Shown piece after piece: positions 24,880 through 38,004 of a DNA stretch of 64,000 bases (position 1 is the first letter of the stretch; every line of letters starts with the position of its first letter). The notes under the pieces were generated by a model, which saw only the letters and a list, made by a program, of their open reading frames with translations, did not search any database and was not told the DNA's origin. A program made the position numbers and the translations under genes. Source of the DNA: Malacoraja senta (Eukaryota); assembly GCA_038087875.1 (NCBI GenBank), contig CM075997.1:5458001-5522000 (forward strand). Reading direction: 5' to 3'.

Positions 24880-26100
24880 CAGATAATAGGTTTAAGCTTC
24901 TTAGGTGCACCGAGATACAGTGAAAAGCTTTTGTTTGCATGCTGACCAGACATGTCATTTTAATACTGTACATAATACAATCAAACCAGGCACAAGAACA
25001 ACAGGTGGCGTGAGGAAACAAAATACCAGAGAGCCAAATTTTGTTGCTCAGTACAACAGTTCCAAAGAAAAAGTCCAATGTCCGCAATGAACTGGGTTGG
25101 AACAATTGGTTGTACAATAGTTAATGGAAGGGCCGTTCAAAAGTCTGATCACAGATGGGAAGAAGCTGTTCCTCAGTCTGGTGGTGCGCGCGTTCAAGAT
25201 TTTGTATTTTCTGTTGGACGGGAGCTTGGAGAAGAAGGAATGACTGGAGATAGCGCTCACCACCAGACTCAGGACCAGCTTCTTCCCATCTGTTATCAGG
25301 AACGACTGGGGTGGGAAAGGTCTTCCAATATGTTGGCTGCATTCCTGAGGCAGATTGAAGTGTAGATGGAGTCTATGTGGGGAGTCTGGACTGGGCTGCA
25401 TCCACAACTCCCAGCAATTTCTTGCAGACATAGTGTCATAGTGTCGTAGAGTCATAGAGAGATACAGTGTGGAAACAGGCCCTTCGGCCCAACTTGCCCA
25501 CACCAGCCAACATGTCCCAGCTACACTAGTCCCACCTGCCTGCGTTTGGTCCATGTCCCTCCAAACCTTTCTATTGCAGAGCTGTTTCCAAACCAAGCTA
25601 TGATGCAACCCAACAGTAGGCTCTCCATGGTACATCTGTCAGAGTCATTGAAGGGACTAACATATGATGAAAGAATGGATCGACTGGGCCGAACTGATCA
25701 TATTGAATGGCGGTGCTGGCATGAAGGGCCCACTCCGGCACCTATTTTCTATATTTCTATGTTTTGAGTGTAGAGGGAGCATTGTCGGGGGCTGAGAACA
25801 CATCCCTGCAGGGCACCGGTGTTGAGAACTATTGCGGAAGATGAGTTGTCGCCAATCATTACTGATTATGGTCGACGGGTCAGGAAGTCAAGGGTCTTCT
25901 GGCAGAGAGGGGTGCCAACTGCAGGTCCAGGAGTTTGGTTGGGATTATAGTCTTGAAGACAGAGCTGTAATCAATAAACAGGATTGTGGTTATTGGCGTA
26001 GGTTTTCCAGAGATAAGTTTGGGACCAGGGTGATGGCCTCTGCTATGAACCTGTTGCAACAGTAGGCAAACTGCAATGGACCAAGGCTGGCCGAGGCTGG
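24880..26100 (-). mobile_element. Fragmented, degenerate Rex1/Babar with nested CR1 tails
   Basis: LFIDYSSVFKTIIPTKL and RTTRLRNSFFPSVIRLLN peptides. Confidence 0.7.
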
Positions 26101-26344
26101 AATTTAGGGCAAGTTGTTTTACACACACAGTTTTTTGTGTGGCTGGAACAAGCTGCTGGGGGTGCTGGTGAATACAGATATTACACTGTGTAAGAAAGAA
26201 GACCGAAGATAAGACACAAAAAGCTAGAGTAACTCAATGGGACAGGCAGCATCTCTGGAGAGAAGGAATTGGTGACTTTTCAGGTTGAGACCCTTTTTCA
26301 GACAGATACTACACTGGTGTTTAAGAGGCTTTTGGATAGGCAGA

Positions 26345-26866
26345 TGTTCAGTTCTGGGCACCATGTTATAGGAAAGATGTTGTCAAGGGTACAGAGAAGG
26401 TTTACGAGGATGTTGCCAGGAGGGTCTGAGCTACAGGGAGAGGTTGTGTAGATTGGGACTATTCTGTGGAGCGCAAGAGGATGAGTGGTGATCTTATAGA
26501 GGTGTATAAAATCATGAGAGGAATAGATCGGGTAGATGCACAGAGTCTCTTGCCCAGAGTTGGGGAATCGAGGACCAAAGGACATAGGTTTGAGGTGAAG
26601 GGGAAAGATTTAATAGGAATCTGAGGGGTAACGTTTTCACACAAAGGGTGGTGGGTGTATGGAACAAGCTGCCGGAGGAGGTAGTTGAGGCAGGGACTAT
26701 CCCAACATTTAAGAAAGGGTTGGACAGGTACATGGATAGGACAGGTTTGGAGGGATATGGACCAAACGCAGGCAGGTGGGACTAGTGTAGCTGGGACATT
26801 GTTGGTAGGTGGGGGCAAGTTGGGCCGAAGGGCCTGTTTCCACGCTGTATCAAACTATCACTCTAT
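26345..26866 (+). mobile_element. CR1 LINE 3' fragment
   Basis: RVQRRFTRML...VVGVWNKLP; tail shared with the HE1 SINEs. Confidence 0.9.
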
Positions 26867-27307
26867 GGATATGATGGGAATGAAGGGACATGTATCCGAA
26901 GAGGCTGGTATCATGTTCAACACTGACCTGTACTGTTCAATGTTCTGCAAAGTTTGTTGCCATTAAGCTCCACAATAGCGTAGCACAGTTATTAAGTTGT
27001 ACCACATCGCTACAAACGTGTGTGGCAAAAACTAAAATTGGACAGTCTACACTTTAGATTATAAAATGACAAAGTCATCACCTGGTTCACACTTCAAACT
27101 CCTCGCAATTAAAGCGGAAAATTGGGATAGCTCTCACGTTGGTGTAAAATAATGATACTAGTTGAAGCATCAACTTCCTCTTTTCCTTAAACTATTCCTC
27201 GGAGTTGAGGGTGAGTTTCTTCCTCTCTGGTTTTGTGGGTTCTGGGGTGGCCGTTGAAGACTCTTCAATACACGGGACACCATAGAGGGTGCCTGGTGGT
27301 TCAAAAA

Positions 27308-27624
27308 CAGTGGCGCAGCGGTAGAGTTCCTGCCTTACAGCGCTTGCAGCGCCAGAGACCCGGGTTCGATCCCAACTACGGGTGTGTCTGTATGGAGTTT
27401 GAACATTCTCGCCGCGCTCTGCGTGGGTTTTCTCCAAGATCTTCGGTTTCCTCCCACACTCCAAAGACGTACAGGTTTGTAGGTTAATTGGCCTGGTATA
27501 AATGTAAAAATTGTCCTTAGTGAGTGTAGGATAGTGTTAATATGCAGGGATCACTGGTCAGCATGGGCTCAGTGGGCCGAAAGGCCTGTTTCCATGCTGT
27601 ATCTCTAAACTAAATTAAACTAAA
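27308..27624 (+). mobile_element. HE1-type V-SINE
   Basis: A and B boxes, V-domain, tail. Confidence 0.85.
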
Positions 27625-28251
27625 TGTTTTATGTGGACCAGGTTCCGAATTCTATTCCAAATGCTCCTTCTCCACTGGGGCCAGAGATTCCCCGGAGTCA
27701 GGATCGATGGTGCATTTTCTTCAGTGAATCTCTGATCACAGACTTGGATCTTTTCTAGTGGTCTCTTCCTGTGACAGGATACACGGCGATCCCCAAACTC
27801 CACCATCGGCACGACAGACCCATGGGACAGGGTCCAAAAGCAGCGTTTCCAGGAGTCGAGGCTTCCATGAAGTCTCAGCGCAACTCATTGAAACAAGACC
27901 ATGACTCTTGTCATTGGTTTCGTACAGAGCGGCACGGTGGCACAGCGGTAGAGTTGCTGCCTTGCCGCGCCGGGGATCCGGGTTCGATCCCGACTACGGG
28001 TGCTGTATGTACGGAGTTTGTACAAGATGGTGAGTGAGTGGTGGGGAGCGTAGAGTGGACCAGAAGGGAGCAATCCATTCCAACTGGTGATGGTAGAGGA
28101 GAGGAACTTGTGTTCAGAAAGGATAGGAGCAGAATTAGGCCATTCAGCCCATCAAGTCTACTCCACCATCCAATCGTGGCTGATCTATCTCTCCCTCTCA
28201 ACCTCATTCTCCTGCCTTCTCCCCATAACCCATAACTAATCAAAAAGGCAT

Positions 28252-28323
28252 CACCCAGTCGGGGAATTGAACCCTGGTCTCCCGCGTGACAGACGGGGAT
28301 ACTAACCACTATACTAACGAGGA
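28252..28323 (-). tRNA. tRNA-Asp(GTC), probably a pseudogene
   Basis: TCCTCGTTAGTATAGTGGTTAGTATCCCCGTCTGTCACGCGGGAGACCAGGGTTCAATTCCCCGACTGGGTG followed by a T5 terminator (28242-28246); two acceptor-stem mismatches and one T-stem mismatch. Confidence 0.9.
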
Positions 28324-28770
28324 AGTGGTAGTGTAATCCTGTGGGAACTGTGGAGGGCAATCCAGTGGGTGTGGGGGCAGGTGGGCGAGAGGTGAGGCCT
28401 CAGTAACTCTGTCCTTGTTCTGCCCAAGAGGAGAGGCAGTAAGGACAGACTCGGTCTATCTCCCATTGAGCAGATACCACGATTCAGGGTGAAAGAAGAT
28501 TTAATGTGGGAGAAGGTGTAGAATCACAGGCATAGAGTCGTGCAGCACGGAAACTGGACCCTTGGTCCAATTCTACCCACCATAATGCTACATCTGCGAG
28601 GGCCATTTGTCTGTATTTGGCCCATATCCCTCTAAACCTTTCATACGACATATGTGAGCAGAGGAATAGATCCATTGGCCCACAATGTCCATTGGCCCAC
28701 AATACCAAGATCAACCAATCTCCTCTGCCTGCACGTGATCCATGTTCCTCCATTCTCTTGCTATGCACGG

Positions 28771-29066
28771 GGCCATGGTGGTACAGCGGTAGAGTTGCTG
28801 CCTCACAGCACCAGAGACCCGAGCTCTATCCTGGCTACGGGTGCTGTCTGTACGTTCTCCCTGTGACTGCGTGGGTTTTCTCCAGGTGCTCCGGTTTCCT
28901 CCCACACTCCAAAGACATACAGGTTTGTAGGTTAATTGGCTTCGGTAAAATTTTTAAATTGTCCCCAATGTGTAGGATTGTGCTAGTGTGTGGGGATTGC
29001 TGGTCGACATGGACTAGATGGGCCGAAGGGCCTGTGTCCTGTGTTCGCGCTGTATCTCTAATGTAA
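28771..29066 (+). mobile_element. HE1-type V-SINE
   Basis: V-domain and tail. Confidence 0.8.
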
Positions 29067-29597
29067 ATTATATTCAGCATGTACCCCTGTCCAAATGACT
29101 TTTTGTGTCTCTCGCAAGAGTTGCTGCCTGACTTGCTGAGTCTTCCCAGCATTTGTCTATTGTCTATTGTCTAATGTCTAATGTCTATTGTCTATTGTCT
29201 ATTGTCTATTGTCTATTGTCTATTGTCTACATAGAACATACAACAGTACTGTACAAGAACGGGTCCTTCGGCCAACAATGTCTGTGCCACACCTATACCA
29301 AGACCAACTCGCATCTGCTTGCACATAATCCATACCCATCCATATCCCAAGGTCTCTTAAATGCCGCGATCGTAACTGCCTCCACCACCACCACTCCCGG
29401 CAGCTCTTTCCAGCCACTCACCACATCTGTGTGAAACCTTGCCCTGCACATCTCATTTAAACGTTGCCGCTCTCACCTTAAACCTTTGCTCTCTGGTGTA
29501 GGAAGGAACTGCAGATGCTGGTTCGAACCGAAGATAGACACAAAAAGCTGGAGTAACCCAGCGGGACAGGCAGCATCTCTGGAGAGAAGGAATGGGT

Positions 29598-29625
29598 GAC
29601 GTTTCGGGTCGAGACCCTTCTTCAG
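29598..29625 (-). ncRNA. Minimal type I hammerhead ribozyme-like core in a Penelope-like pseudo-LTR
   Basis: CTGAAGA-A-GGGTC-TC-GACCC-GAAA-CG-TC. Confidence 0.6.
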
Positions 29626-30427
29626 TTGCACTAAAGACTTTTGATCTTCAGGAGCCAGCCTTCGTGATGGGAAACATCCAGAGGAAGTGGAAAGAATCCA
29701 CAGTAGAGAGGATAGACTGGTTTCATCACGGCCTGATTCGGCAGCTCAAACGCCCAGGAAGGAAGGAGACAGCAGAGAGTGGTTGATACTGCCCGATCCA
29801 ACACACGTACTGACCACCCTGCCATCGAAGGGATCGTTGGGAAGCACTGGCTCAAAAATGCAGCCACCATCATCAAAGACCTACATCACCTTGACCACAC
29901 TCTCATCTCACTCCTACCATCGGGAATACGATACAGGGATCTGAAAACCAACCAAGCCTCTTCCCAACAAACATCAGGCTCTCTAACCTGAACTAGGAAC
30001 TCTTGTTGCACTCAGGACTTTTGTTTTTTTGCACTAGTATTGTGGTTGTTAATTTATTGAATTTGTTTGCTTTATATATTATTAGTGTGTCTTGTTTACA
30101 GGCCTGTTATGCTGCTGCAAGTAAGAATGTTGGGGTTCCGTTGTCAGTACTTATGAAAATTAAACACTTGTGACTCTACACTTTTCATGAATGGGAAGAT
30201 ATTAAATGTATGCTGGCCTGAGCTGCAATATAATTTATTGTGAAAAAATGTTAGAGGGCTCTATTAGTCTTAATGTTGCTTGTATTAAGAATCACCCTTT
30301 TCCCCTTATAAGTTCCAATTCATGAACCAATTTAAAAATCTCTTGACACCAGTTCACATAGAATTGGACCAAGGGGCCTGTCTGGTTTCAATTTCTAATT
30401 AACAACTCCACATTAGCACATCTGTCC

Positions 30428-30846
30428 TCACTGGAGTTTAGAAGAATGAGGGGGGACATTGAAACGTACAGTATAATTAAAGGCCTGGATAGAGTGGATG
30501 TAGAGAGGATGTTTCCAATAGTGGGAGAGTCGAGGACTAGAGGGCACAGCCTCAGAATTAAAGGATGTTCCTTTAGGAAGGAGGTGAAGAGGAATTTCTT
30601 TAGTCAGAGCGTGGTGAATCTGTGGAATTCTTTGCCACAGAAGGCTGTGGAGGTCGTCAGTGGATATTTTTAAGGCAGAGATAGATAGATTCTTGATTAG
30701 TACGGGTGTCAGGGGTTATGGGGAGAAGGCAGGAGAATGGGGTTAGGAGGGAGATATAGATCAGCCATTATTGAATGGCGGAGTAGACTTGATGGACCGA
30801 ATGGCCTAATTCTGCTCCTATCACTTATGACCTTATGACCTTATGA
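30428..30846 (+). mobile_element. CR1 LINE 3' fragment
   Basis: MRGDIETY...VVNLWNSLP; (TTATGACC)n tail. Confidence 0.9.
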
Positions 30847-31289
30847 TCTTTACTCCTACGGAGGGATTTCCCTATAAATTACATTATACTGAAGTAAATG
30901 ATAGGTAGGGGTTTCATAGGAACACAGGCTCTCAGGTTTGCCTTGTTTGCTTCTGGTGTCCCACATTAGATAATCTGCAAAAGTCTCTTAAACCCCACTA
31001 TTGTATCTGCCTCCACCACCACCACCACCACCACCTCCACCACCACCACCACCACCACCACCACCACCAGTGTGTTCCAAGCACCTACCAGATTCTGGGA
31101 AAAAACACGTGTCCCGCACATCTCCTTTAAATAGGAGAGTGCGTTGATTTAAGGCGATAGGGGCAAAGTATGAACCTGAGGGACAGCTTGTTCACACTGA
31201 GGCTGGCGGGGATATGGAACAAGCTGCCAGAGGAAGTGGGTGAGGCAGCTACAATGACAACATTTAAAAGATGGCGGGACTGTCATATG

Positions 31290-31720
31290 TTGATTGAGCG
31301 GCTGGGCTTGTATACTCTGGTGTTTAGAAGAATGAGAGCGGATCTTATTGAAACATACAAGATTATTAAGGGTTTGGACACGCAAGAGGCAGGAAACATG
31401 TTCCCGATGTTGGGGCAGGGCAGAACCAGGGGCCACAGTTTAAGAATAAGGGGTAAGCCATTTAGAATGGAGATGAGGAAACACTTTTTCTCACAGAGAG
31501 TGGTGAATCTGTGGACTTCTCAGCCTCAGAGGGTGGTGGAGGCCGGTTCTCTGGATACTTTCAAGAGAGAGCTAGGTAGGGCTCTTAAAGATAGAGGAGT
31601 CAGGGGGTATGGGGAGAAGGCAGGAATGGGGTACTGATTGGGGATGATCAGCCATGATCACATTGAATGGCGGTGCTGGCTCGAAGGGCCGAATGGCCTA
31701 CTCCTGCACCTATTGTCTAT
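31290..31720 (+). mobile_element. CR1 LINE 3' fragment
   Basis: RLGLYTLVFRRMRADLIETYKI. Confidence 0.9.
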
Positions 31721-32219
31721 TGACATTTGGACACGTAAATGGATAAGAAAGGTTTCTAGGGATATGGGCTAAATGCAGGCAAATAGGGCTAGCTTAGAAG
31801 GGCCATCTGTTGGGCCAAAAGGCCTGTTTTCTGCTATATGACCATGACTCAATGACAAAGCAGATTGATTTGATATAATGTTCACCATAACAAAAATTAA
31901 TTCCCTGAACATTGACCTGTTTCTTTTATCATTGTTATTTTTTTGCATATCTTTCATTGTTCTTTATCTCTCTACATCATCGTCTATATCTCTCGTTTCC
32001 CTTATCCATAACCAGTCTGAAGAAGGGTCTCAACCCGAAATGTCACCCATTCCTTCCCTCCAGAGATGCTGCCTGTCCTGCTGAGTTACTCTGGCTTTTT
32101 GTGTCTGTCTCTGGTTTAAACCAGCATCTGCAGTTCCTTCCTACACATTACTTTCACTGCACCATCTGCACACCATTACTGGAGTGTGTAGCAAGGAAAA
32201 ATGCATTACAGACACTCAC

Positions 32220-32262
32220 CAAGGATACAATTAACAGCTTCTCCCAAACTAGTGAACTCTAC
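32220..32262 (-). CDS. Candidate 43-nt internal coding exon (VEFTSLGEAVNCIL)
   Basis: Strong acceptor ctgctcttgtccttgtAG and donor TTG|GTgagt; only one of the three frames is open. Confidence 0.55.
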
Positions 32263-34005
32263 CTACAAGGACAAGAGCAGTGGGAACATGGGAAACACAG
32301 ATCCACCTGCTCCTATCCAAACCATGTACTATCTATCCTCAGTTGGAAATAAATTGTCATTCCCTCTGCCTGGTCCACGTCGTAAAACACCCTAACACAC
32401 AACGCTGAAGGAATAATTTCAATAAAAGAACACAAAGTGTTGCAACAACTCAGCAGGTCAGGGAGCATCTCTGGAGAACATGGATCGGTGACAATCCCTT
32501 CTTCAGATTGTAGTCGATGGAGACAGGAGGGTCTAAAGGATGGTCATGATCATGTCCATGTCCTCCAAAGGTGCTCCCTGAACCGTTGCACTTTGCAAAC
32601 CAGCATCTGCAGTTCTCCTCTGAAATATCTGCAGTTCCATGCATATGAATAATTTCAACAGAAGAGCTGGAGTAATTTATCAGATCATAAGAGCAAAAGA
32701 ACATGTGATATGAGCAGAATTAGGCCATTCAGCCCATCAGGTCTACTCCGCCTTTCAATCATGGCTGATCCATCTCTCCTTCCTATCCCCATTCTCCTGC
32801 CTTCTCCCCATAACCTTCAACACCCGTACTAATCAAGAATCTATCTATGCCTTAAAATCACTGGGATCTCTTCTGGGGCAGGGGTGACCTGAACAAAAGG
32901 GATGGGTTGCACCTTAATTGGACGGGGACCTGCATTCTGGCAGGCAGGTTTGCTAGTGCTACACAGGTGGGTTTAAACTAAACAGTGGGGGGGCGGGGGG
33001 GGGGGGGGGTCAACAACGTGGACATGTATCCGTGCAGCTAACGGGAAAGAGAGTGTGGGAAAGGTCACATTGAAACTAACAGGGCAGGGGAATGGGACCC
33101 AATGCAAGGAGACAGAGGGACATAAAAGGAGAACAGAAGCAAAAGGTAGAAATGGATAAAAAAACGAACCTGAAAGCATCGTGCCTTAATGCGAGGAACA
33201 TTCGTAATAAGGTGGATGAATTGAATGCGCAGTTAGTAGTTAAGGGATATGATATAGTTGGAATTATGGAGACATGGCTCCAGGGTGACCAAGGCTGGGA
33301 GCTAAACATGCAGGGGTATTCAATATTCAGGAAGGTTAGACAGACAAGAAGAGGAGGTGGGGTGGCATTGCTGGATAAAGAGGAGATTAATGCAATAGCA
33401 AGCAGAGACATTGGCTTGGATGCTGTAGAATTGGTATGGATAGAACTGTGAAATAGCCAAGGGCAGAAACCGTTTGTTGGAGTTGTGTACAGACCACCAA
33501 ACAGCAGTAGGGAGGTTGGGGATAGCATCAAGCAGGAAATTAGGGATGTGTGGAGCAAAGGTACAGCGGTTGTCATGGGTGACTTTAATCTACATATAGA
33601 TTGGGCCATCCAAATTGGTAGCAGCGCTGACTTCAGTTCAGGTCAGTTCAGTTCTGGTTTATTTGTCATATGTAGGTTAACACAGGGTCACCGGTACAAT
33701 GAAATGTGTTTGACAAGACAACGGGTCACCTCAGCAATGATATTACAAGGATAAAATTAAGGTAGAAAAAAAAAGATAAAAGTGACAATGGTAGGTAAAA
33801 GGCAATAATAAATAAAATCAACATTTATGATGTGTTTATGAGTTCAGAAGCCTGATGGCATGATAATAATGGAGGAGGATTTCCTGGAATGTATACGGGA
33901 TGGTTTTTTAAGCCAATATTTAGAAGAACCGACTAGAGGACAGGCCATCCTAGACTGGGTATTGTGTAATGAGGACGGATTAGTTAGCGATCTTCTTCTG
34001 CAAAG

Positions 34006-34922
34006 CCCCTGGCCACCCGTGACTGTGTGGCCAGGTTCAGCTCCAACTCCATCATCAAGTTTGCTGATGACACTGTGGTGGTGGGTCTGATCTCCGATAA
34101 CGATGAGAAGGCCTACCGGGAGGAGGTGGCTGATCTGGCACTCTGGTGTCAGGACAACAGCCTCCTCTTGAATGTCATAAAAACTAAGGAGCTGGTCGTG
34201 GACATTAGAAGGGCACAACATCCGAGGACGTACACGCCACTGGAAATAAATGGGGCTACTGTGGATAGGGTGAGCAGCTTTAAATACCTGGGAGTCCACA
34301 TCACCGAGGATCTGACATGGACTACACACACTGCCGCACTGGTGAGTAAGGCAAGGCAGCGCCTTTACCACCTCAGGCAGCTGAGGAAATTCAGAGTCTG
34401 AAGATCTTTTAGTGCTTCTACTCTGGAGCTGTAGAAAGCATCTTGTCCGGAAACATCACAATCTGGTTTGGGAACTGCTCTGCCCAGGACAGGAAGGCTC
34501 TGCAGAGAGTAGTGCGTTCGGCTGAATGCACTGTGGGAACTACACTCGCCCCCCTGCAGGAACTATACACCAGGGGATGCAGATCCAGAGCCAGCAACAT
34601 TATGGGGGACCCCTACCACCCCAGCAACGGACTGTTCCAGCTGCTACGGTCAGGCAAACGCCTCCGCTGTCACGCTGTGTAAACAGAGAGGATGAGACGG
34701 AGTTTCTTCCCACAGGCCGTCAGGACTGTAAACTCTTATCTCACCACGGACTCATTCACTGTTGTCTTGTGTCTTTTTTTAATTGTTTGGTTTTTTCTAA
34801 TATGTAAATACTGATTCTGTTCTATTCTGCTCTGTTGTTTATGCACCATCCGCAGGCATTGCCACTTTCATTTCACTTCACATCTTGTATGTGTATGTGA
34901 CAAATAAACTTGACTTGACTTG
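34006..34922 (+). mobile_element. Rex1/Babar 3' portion nested in CR1
   Basis: IIKFADDTVVVGLI, FKYLGVHIT, QRLYHLRQL; AATAAA+(CTTGA)n tail. Confidence 0.9.
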
Positions 34923-36147
34923 ACCATAATATGGTGGAATTCGGCATTAGAGTGGAGAGTGACGGTTAATTCAGAGACTTGGATCCTGAACTTAAACAAA
35001 GGAGACTTTGAAGGTATGAGACGAGAATTGGCTAGGATAGATGGGCAAATTATACTTAAATGGTTGACAGTGGAGATGCAATGGTAAAGATTTAAAGACT
35101 GCATGGATGAACTCCAGAAATTGTTCATCCCTGTCTGGCGAAAAAATTAAACTGGGAAGGCGGCTCAACCATGGCTGACGAGGGAAATCAAGAATAGTGT
35201 TAAAGCCAAGGAAAAGGCATATAAATTGGCCAGAGGAAGCAGCAAACCGGAAGACTGGGAAAATTTAGAACAACAGAGAACAAAGGGGATAATTAAGAGG
35301 GGGGGGGGGAAGAGCATGAAATAAAGCTTGCGGGGAATATAAAACTGCCTCTAAAAGCTTCTTTAGATATGTAAAAAGAAAAAGATTAGTGAAGACAAAT
35401 GTAGGTCCCTTACAATCAGAGACAGGTGAATTTACAATGGGAAACAAGGAAATGGCAGAACAGTTAAACGAGTACTTTGGTTCTGTCTTCACTAAGGAAG
35501 ACACAAACAATCTCCCAGAAATACTAGGAGACCGAGGATCTAGTAGAGGGAGGAACTGAAGGGAATCCACATTAGTCAGGAAATGGTGTTAGGTAAACTG
35601 TTGGGACTGAAGGCAGATAAATCCCCTGGGCCAGATGGTCTGCATCCCAGAGTACTCAAGGAGGTTGCCCTAGAAATCGTGGATGCATTGGTGATCATTT
35701 TCCAATGTTCTCTCGAATCTGGATCAGTTTCTGTGGACTGGAGGGTAGCTAATGTAACTCCACTTTTTAAGAAAGGAGGGAGAGAGGGAGTTAAGGGGAA
35801 TTATAGACCAGTTAGCCTGACATCGGTAGTGGGGAAGCTACTGGAGTCGATTATTAAAGATGTTATATCAACGTATTTGGAAAGCAGTGACAGGATCGGT
35901 CAAATTCAGCGTGGATTTATGAAGGAGAAATCATTCTTGCGGATGTGGTGTACCTGGACTTTCAAAAAGCCTTTGACAAAGTTCCACGCAAGAGATTAGT
36001 GTGCAAAATTACAGCACGTGGTATTGGGGGTAGGGTATTGACATGGATAGAGACAAAAATGGATAGAGAACTGGTTAGCAGACAGGAAGCAAAGAGTAGG
36101 AATTTACGGGTCCTTTTCAGAATGGCAGACAGTGACTAGAGGGATAC

Positions 36148-36672
36148 CAGTCTGAAGAAGGGTCTCGACCCGAAATGTTACCCAATCCTTCTCTCCGCTG
36201 AGTTTTTCCAGATGCTGCTGCACCCGCTGAGTTTCTCCAGATGCTGCTGCACCCGCTGAGTTTCTCCATCGCTCCATAGATGCTGCTGCACCCGCTGAGT
36301 TTCTCCAGATGCTGCTGCACCCGCTGAGTTTCTCCATCGCTCCATAGATGCTGCTGCACCCGCTGAGTTTCTCCAGATGCTGCTGCACCCGCTGAATTTC
36401 TCCATCGCTCCATAGATGCTGCTGCACCCGCTGAGTTTCTCCAGATGCTGCTGCACCCGCTGAGTTTCTCCAGATGCTGCTGCACCCGCTGAGTTTCTCC
36501 ATCGCTCCATAGATGCTGCTGCACCCGCTGAGTTTCTCCATCGCTCCATAGATGCTGCTGCACCCGCTGAGTTTCTCCATCGCTCCATAGATGCTGCTGC
36601 ACCCGCTGAGTTTCTCCATCGCTCCATAGATGCTGCTTCACCCGCTGAGTTTCTCCAGCATTTTGTGTCTAC
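36148..36672 (+). repeat. Penelope-like pseudo-LTR with an internal 29/39-bp tandem expansion
   Basis: Hammerhead-like motif followed by repeated AGATGCTGCTGCACCCGCTGAGTTTCTCC(ATCGCTCCAT). Confidence 0.85.
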
Positions 36673-38004
36673 CAGTTATTTACAAAATATATTAACGATT
36701 TAGGTGAGGGAATTAAATGTGACATCTCCAAGTTTGCGGATGACACAAAGCTGGGTGGTAGTGTGAGCTGCGAAGAGGATGCTATGAGGCTGCAGGGTGA
36801 CTTGGATAGGTTGGGTGAGTGGGAAGATGCATGGAAGATGCAGTATAATATGGATAAATGTGAGGTTATCCACTTTGGTGGCAAGAACAGGCAAGCAGAT
36901 TATTATCTGAATGGTGTCAGATTAGGAGAAGGGGAGGTGCAACGAGACCTGGGTGTCCTTGTACATCGGTCACTGAAAGTAAGCATGCAGGTACAGCAGG
37001 CAGTGAAGAAAGCTAATGGCATGTTGGCCTACATTGCGAGAGTCTAGGAGCAAGGAGGTCCTACTGCAGTTGTGCAGGGCCCTGGTGAGACCGCACCTGG
37101 AGTATTGTGTGCAATTTTGGTCTCCTAATTTGAGGAAGGACATTCTTGCAATTGAGAGAGTGCAGCGTAGGTTCACCAGGTTAATTCTCGGGATGGCGGG
37201 ACTGACATATGATGAAAGAATGGATCGACTGGGCTTGTATTCACTTGAATTTAGAAGGATGAGAGGTTCTCTTAGAAACATATAACGTTCTTAAAGGATT
37301 GGACAGGCTAGATGCAGGAAGAATGGTCCTGATGTTGGGGGAGTCCAGAACCAGGAATCACAGTTTAAGAATAAGGGGTAGGCCATTTAGGACTGAGTCG
37401 AGGAAAAACGTTTTCACCCAGAGAGTTGTGAATCTGTGGAATTCTCTGCCACAGAAGGCAGTGGAGGCCAATACACTGGATGTATTCAAGTGAGAGTTAG
37501 ATTTAGCTCTTAGGGCTAACGGAATCAAGGGATATGGGGGAAAAGCAGGAATGGGGGTACTGATTTTAGATGATCAGCTGTGATCAGATTGAATGGCGGT
37601 GCTGGCTCGAAGGGCCAAATGGTCTACTCCTGCACCTATTTTTCTATGTTTCTATGTTCTATGTTTTTATGTTTCTAAAAATATCAACTGACTTTGTCTC
37701 CACAGCCTTCTGTGGCAAACAATTCCACAGATTCACCACCCTCTGATGAAAGAAATTCCTCCTCATCTCCTTCCTACAGGAAACAATGCTTTAATTCTGA
37801 GGCTGTGACCTCTAGTCCTAGACTCTCCCACTCCATGGTGGTGGGTGATGCATACACACTGGTGCGGTGGGTGGTGGAAGCAGATAGTATGGTGGGGTTT
37901 AAGAGACTTTTAGATGGGCACGTGGATATGAGGGCGAGATATACTGGCAATGCCAGTAATGCCACATACCACAAATTAATTTTAAATAACGCCTGGATTG
38001 CATT

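Larger units (their letters stand above)
32858..37676 (+). mobile_element. Long degenerate CR1 LINE (ORF1 end, APE, RT) with nested insertions
   Basis: CLNARNIRNK, ETWL, MGDFN, KSPGPDGLHPRVLKE, YLDFQKAFDKV, FADD; interrupted at about 33630-33860, 34006-34922 and 36148-36672. Confidence 0.9.

Noticed and set aside
27192..27464. Minus-strand ORF ending PEPTKPERKKLTLNSEE
   Set aside because: More than half lies inside a SINE and no acceptor was found for the unique part
36190..36660. CRISPR-like repeat with optional spacer, and repetitive ORFs
   Set aside because: The 10-bp insert is invariant and the unit derives from the pseudo-LTR
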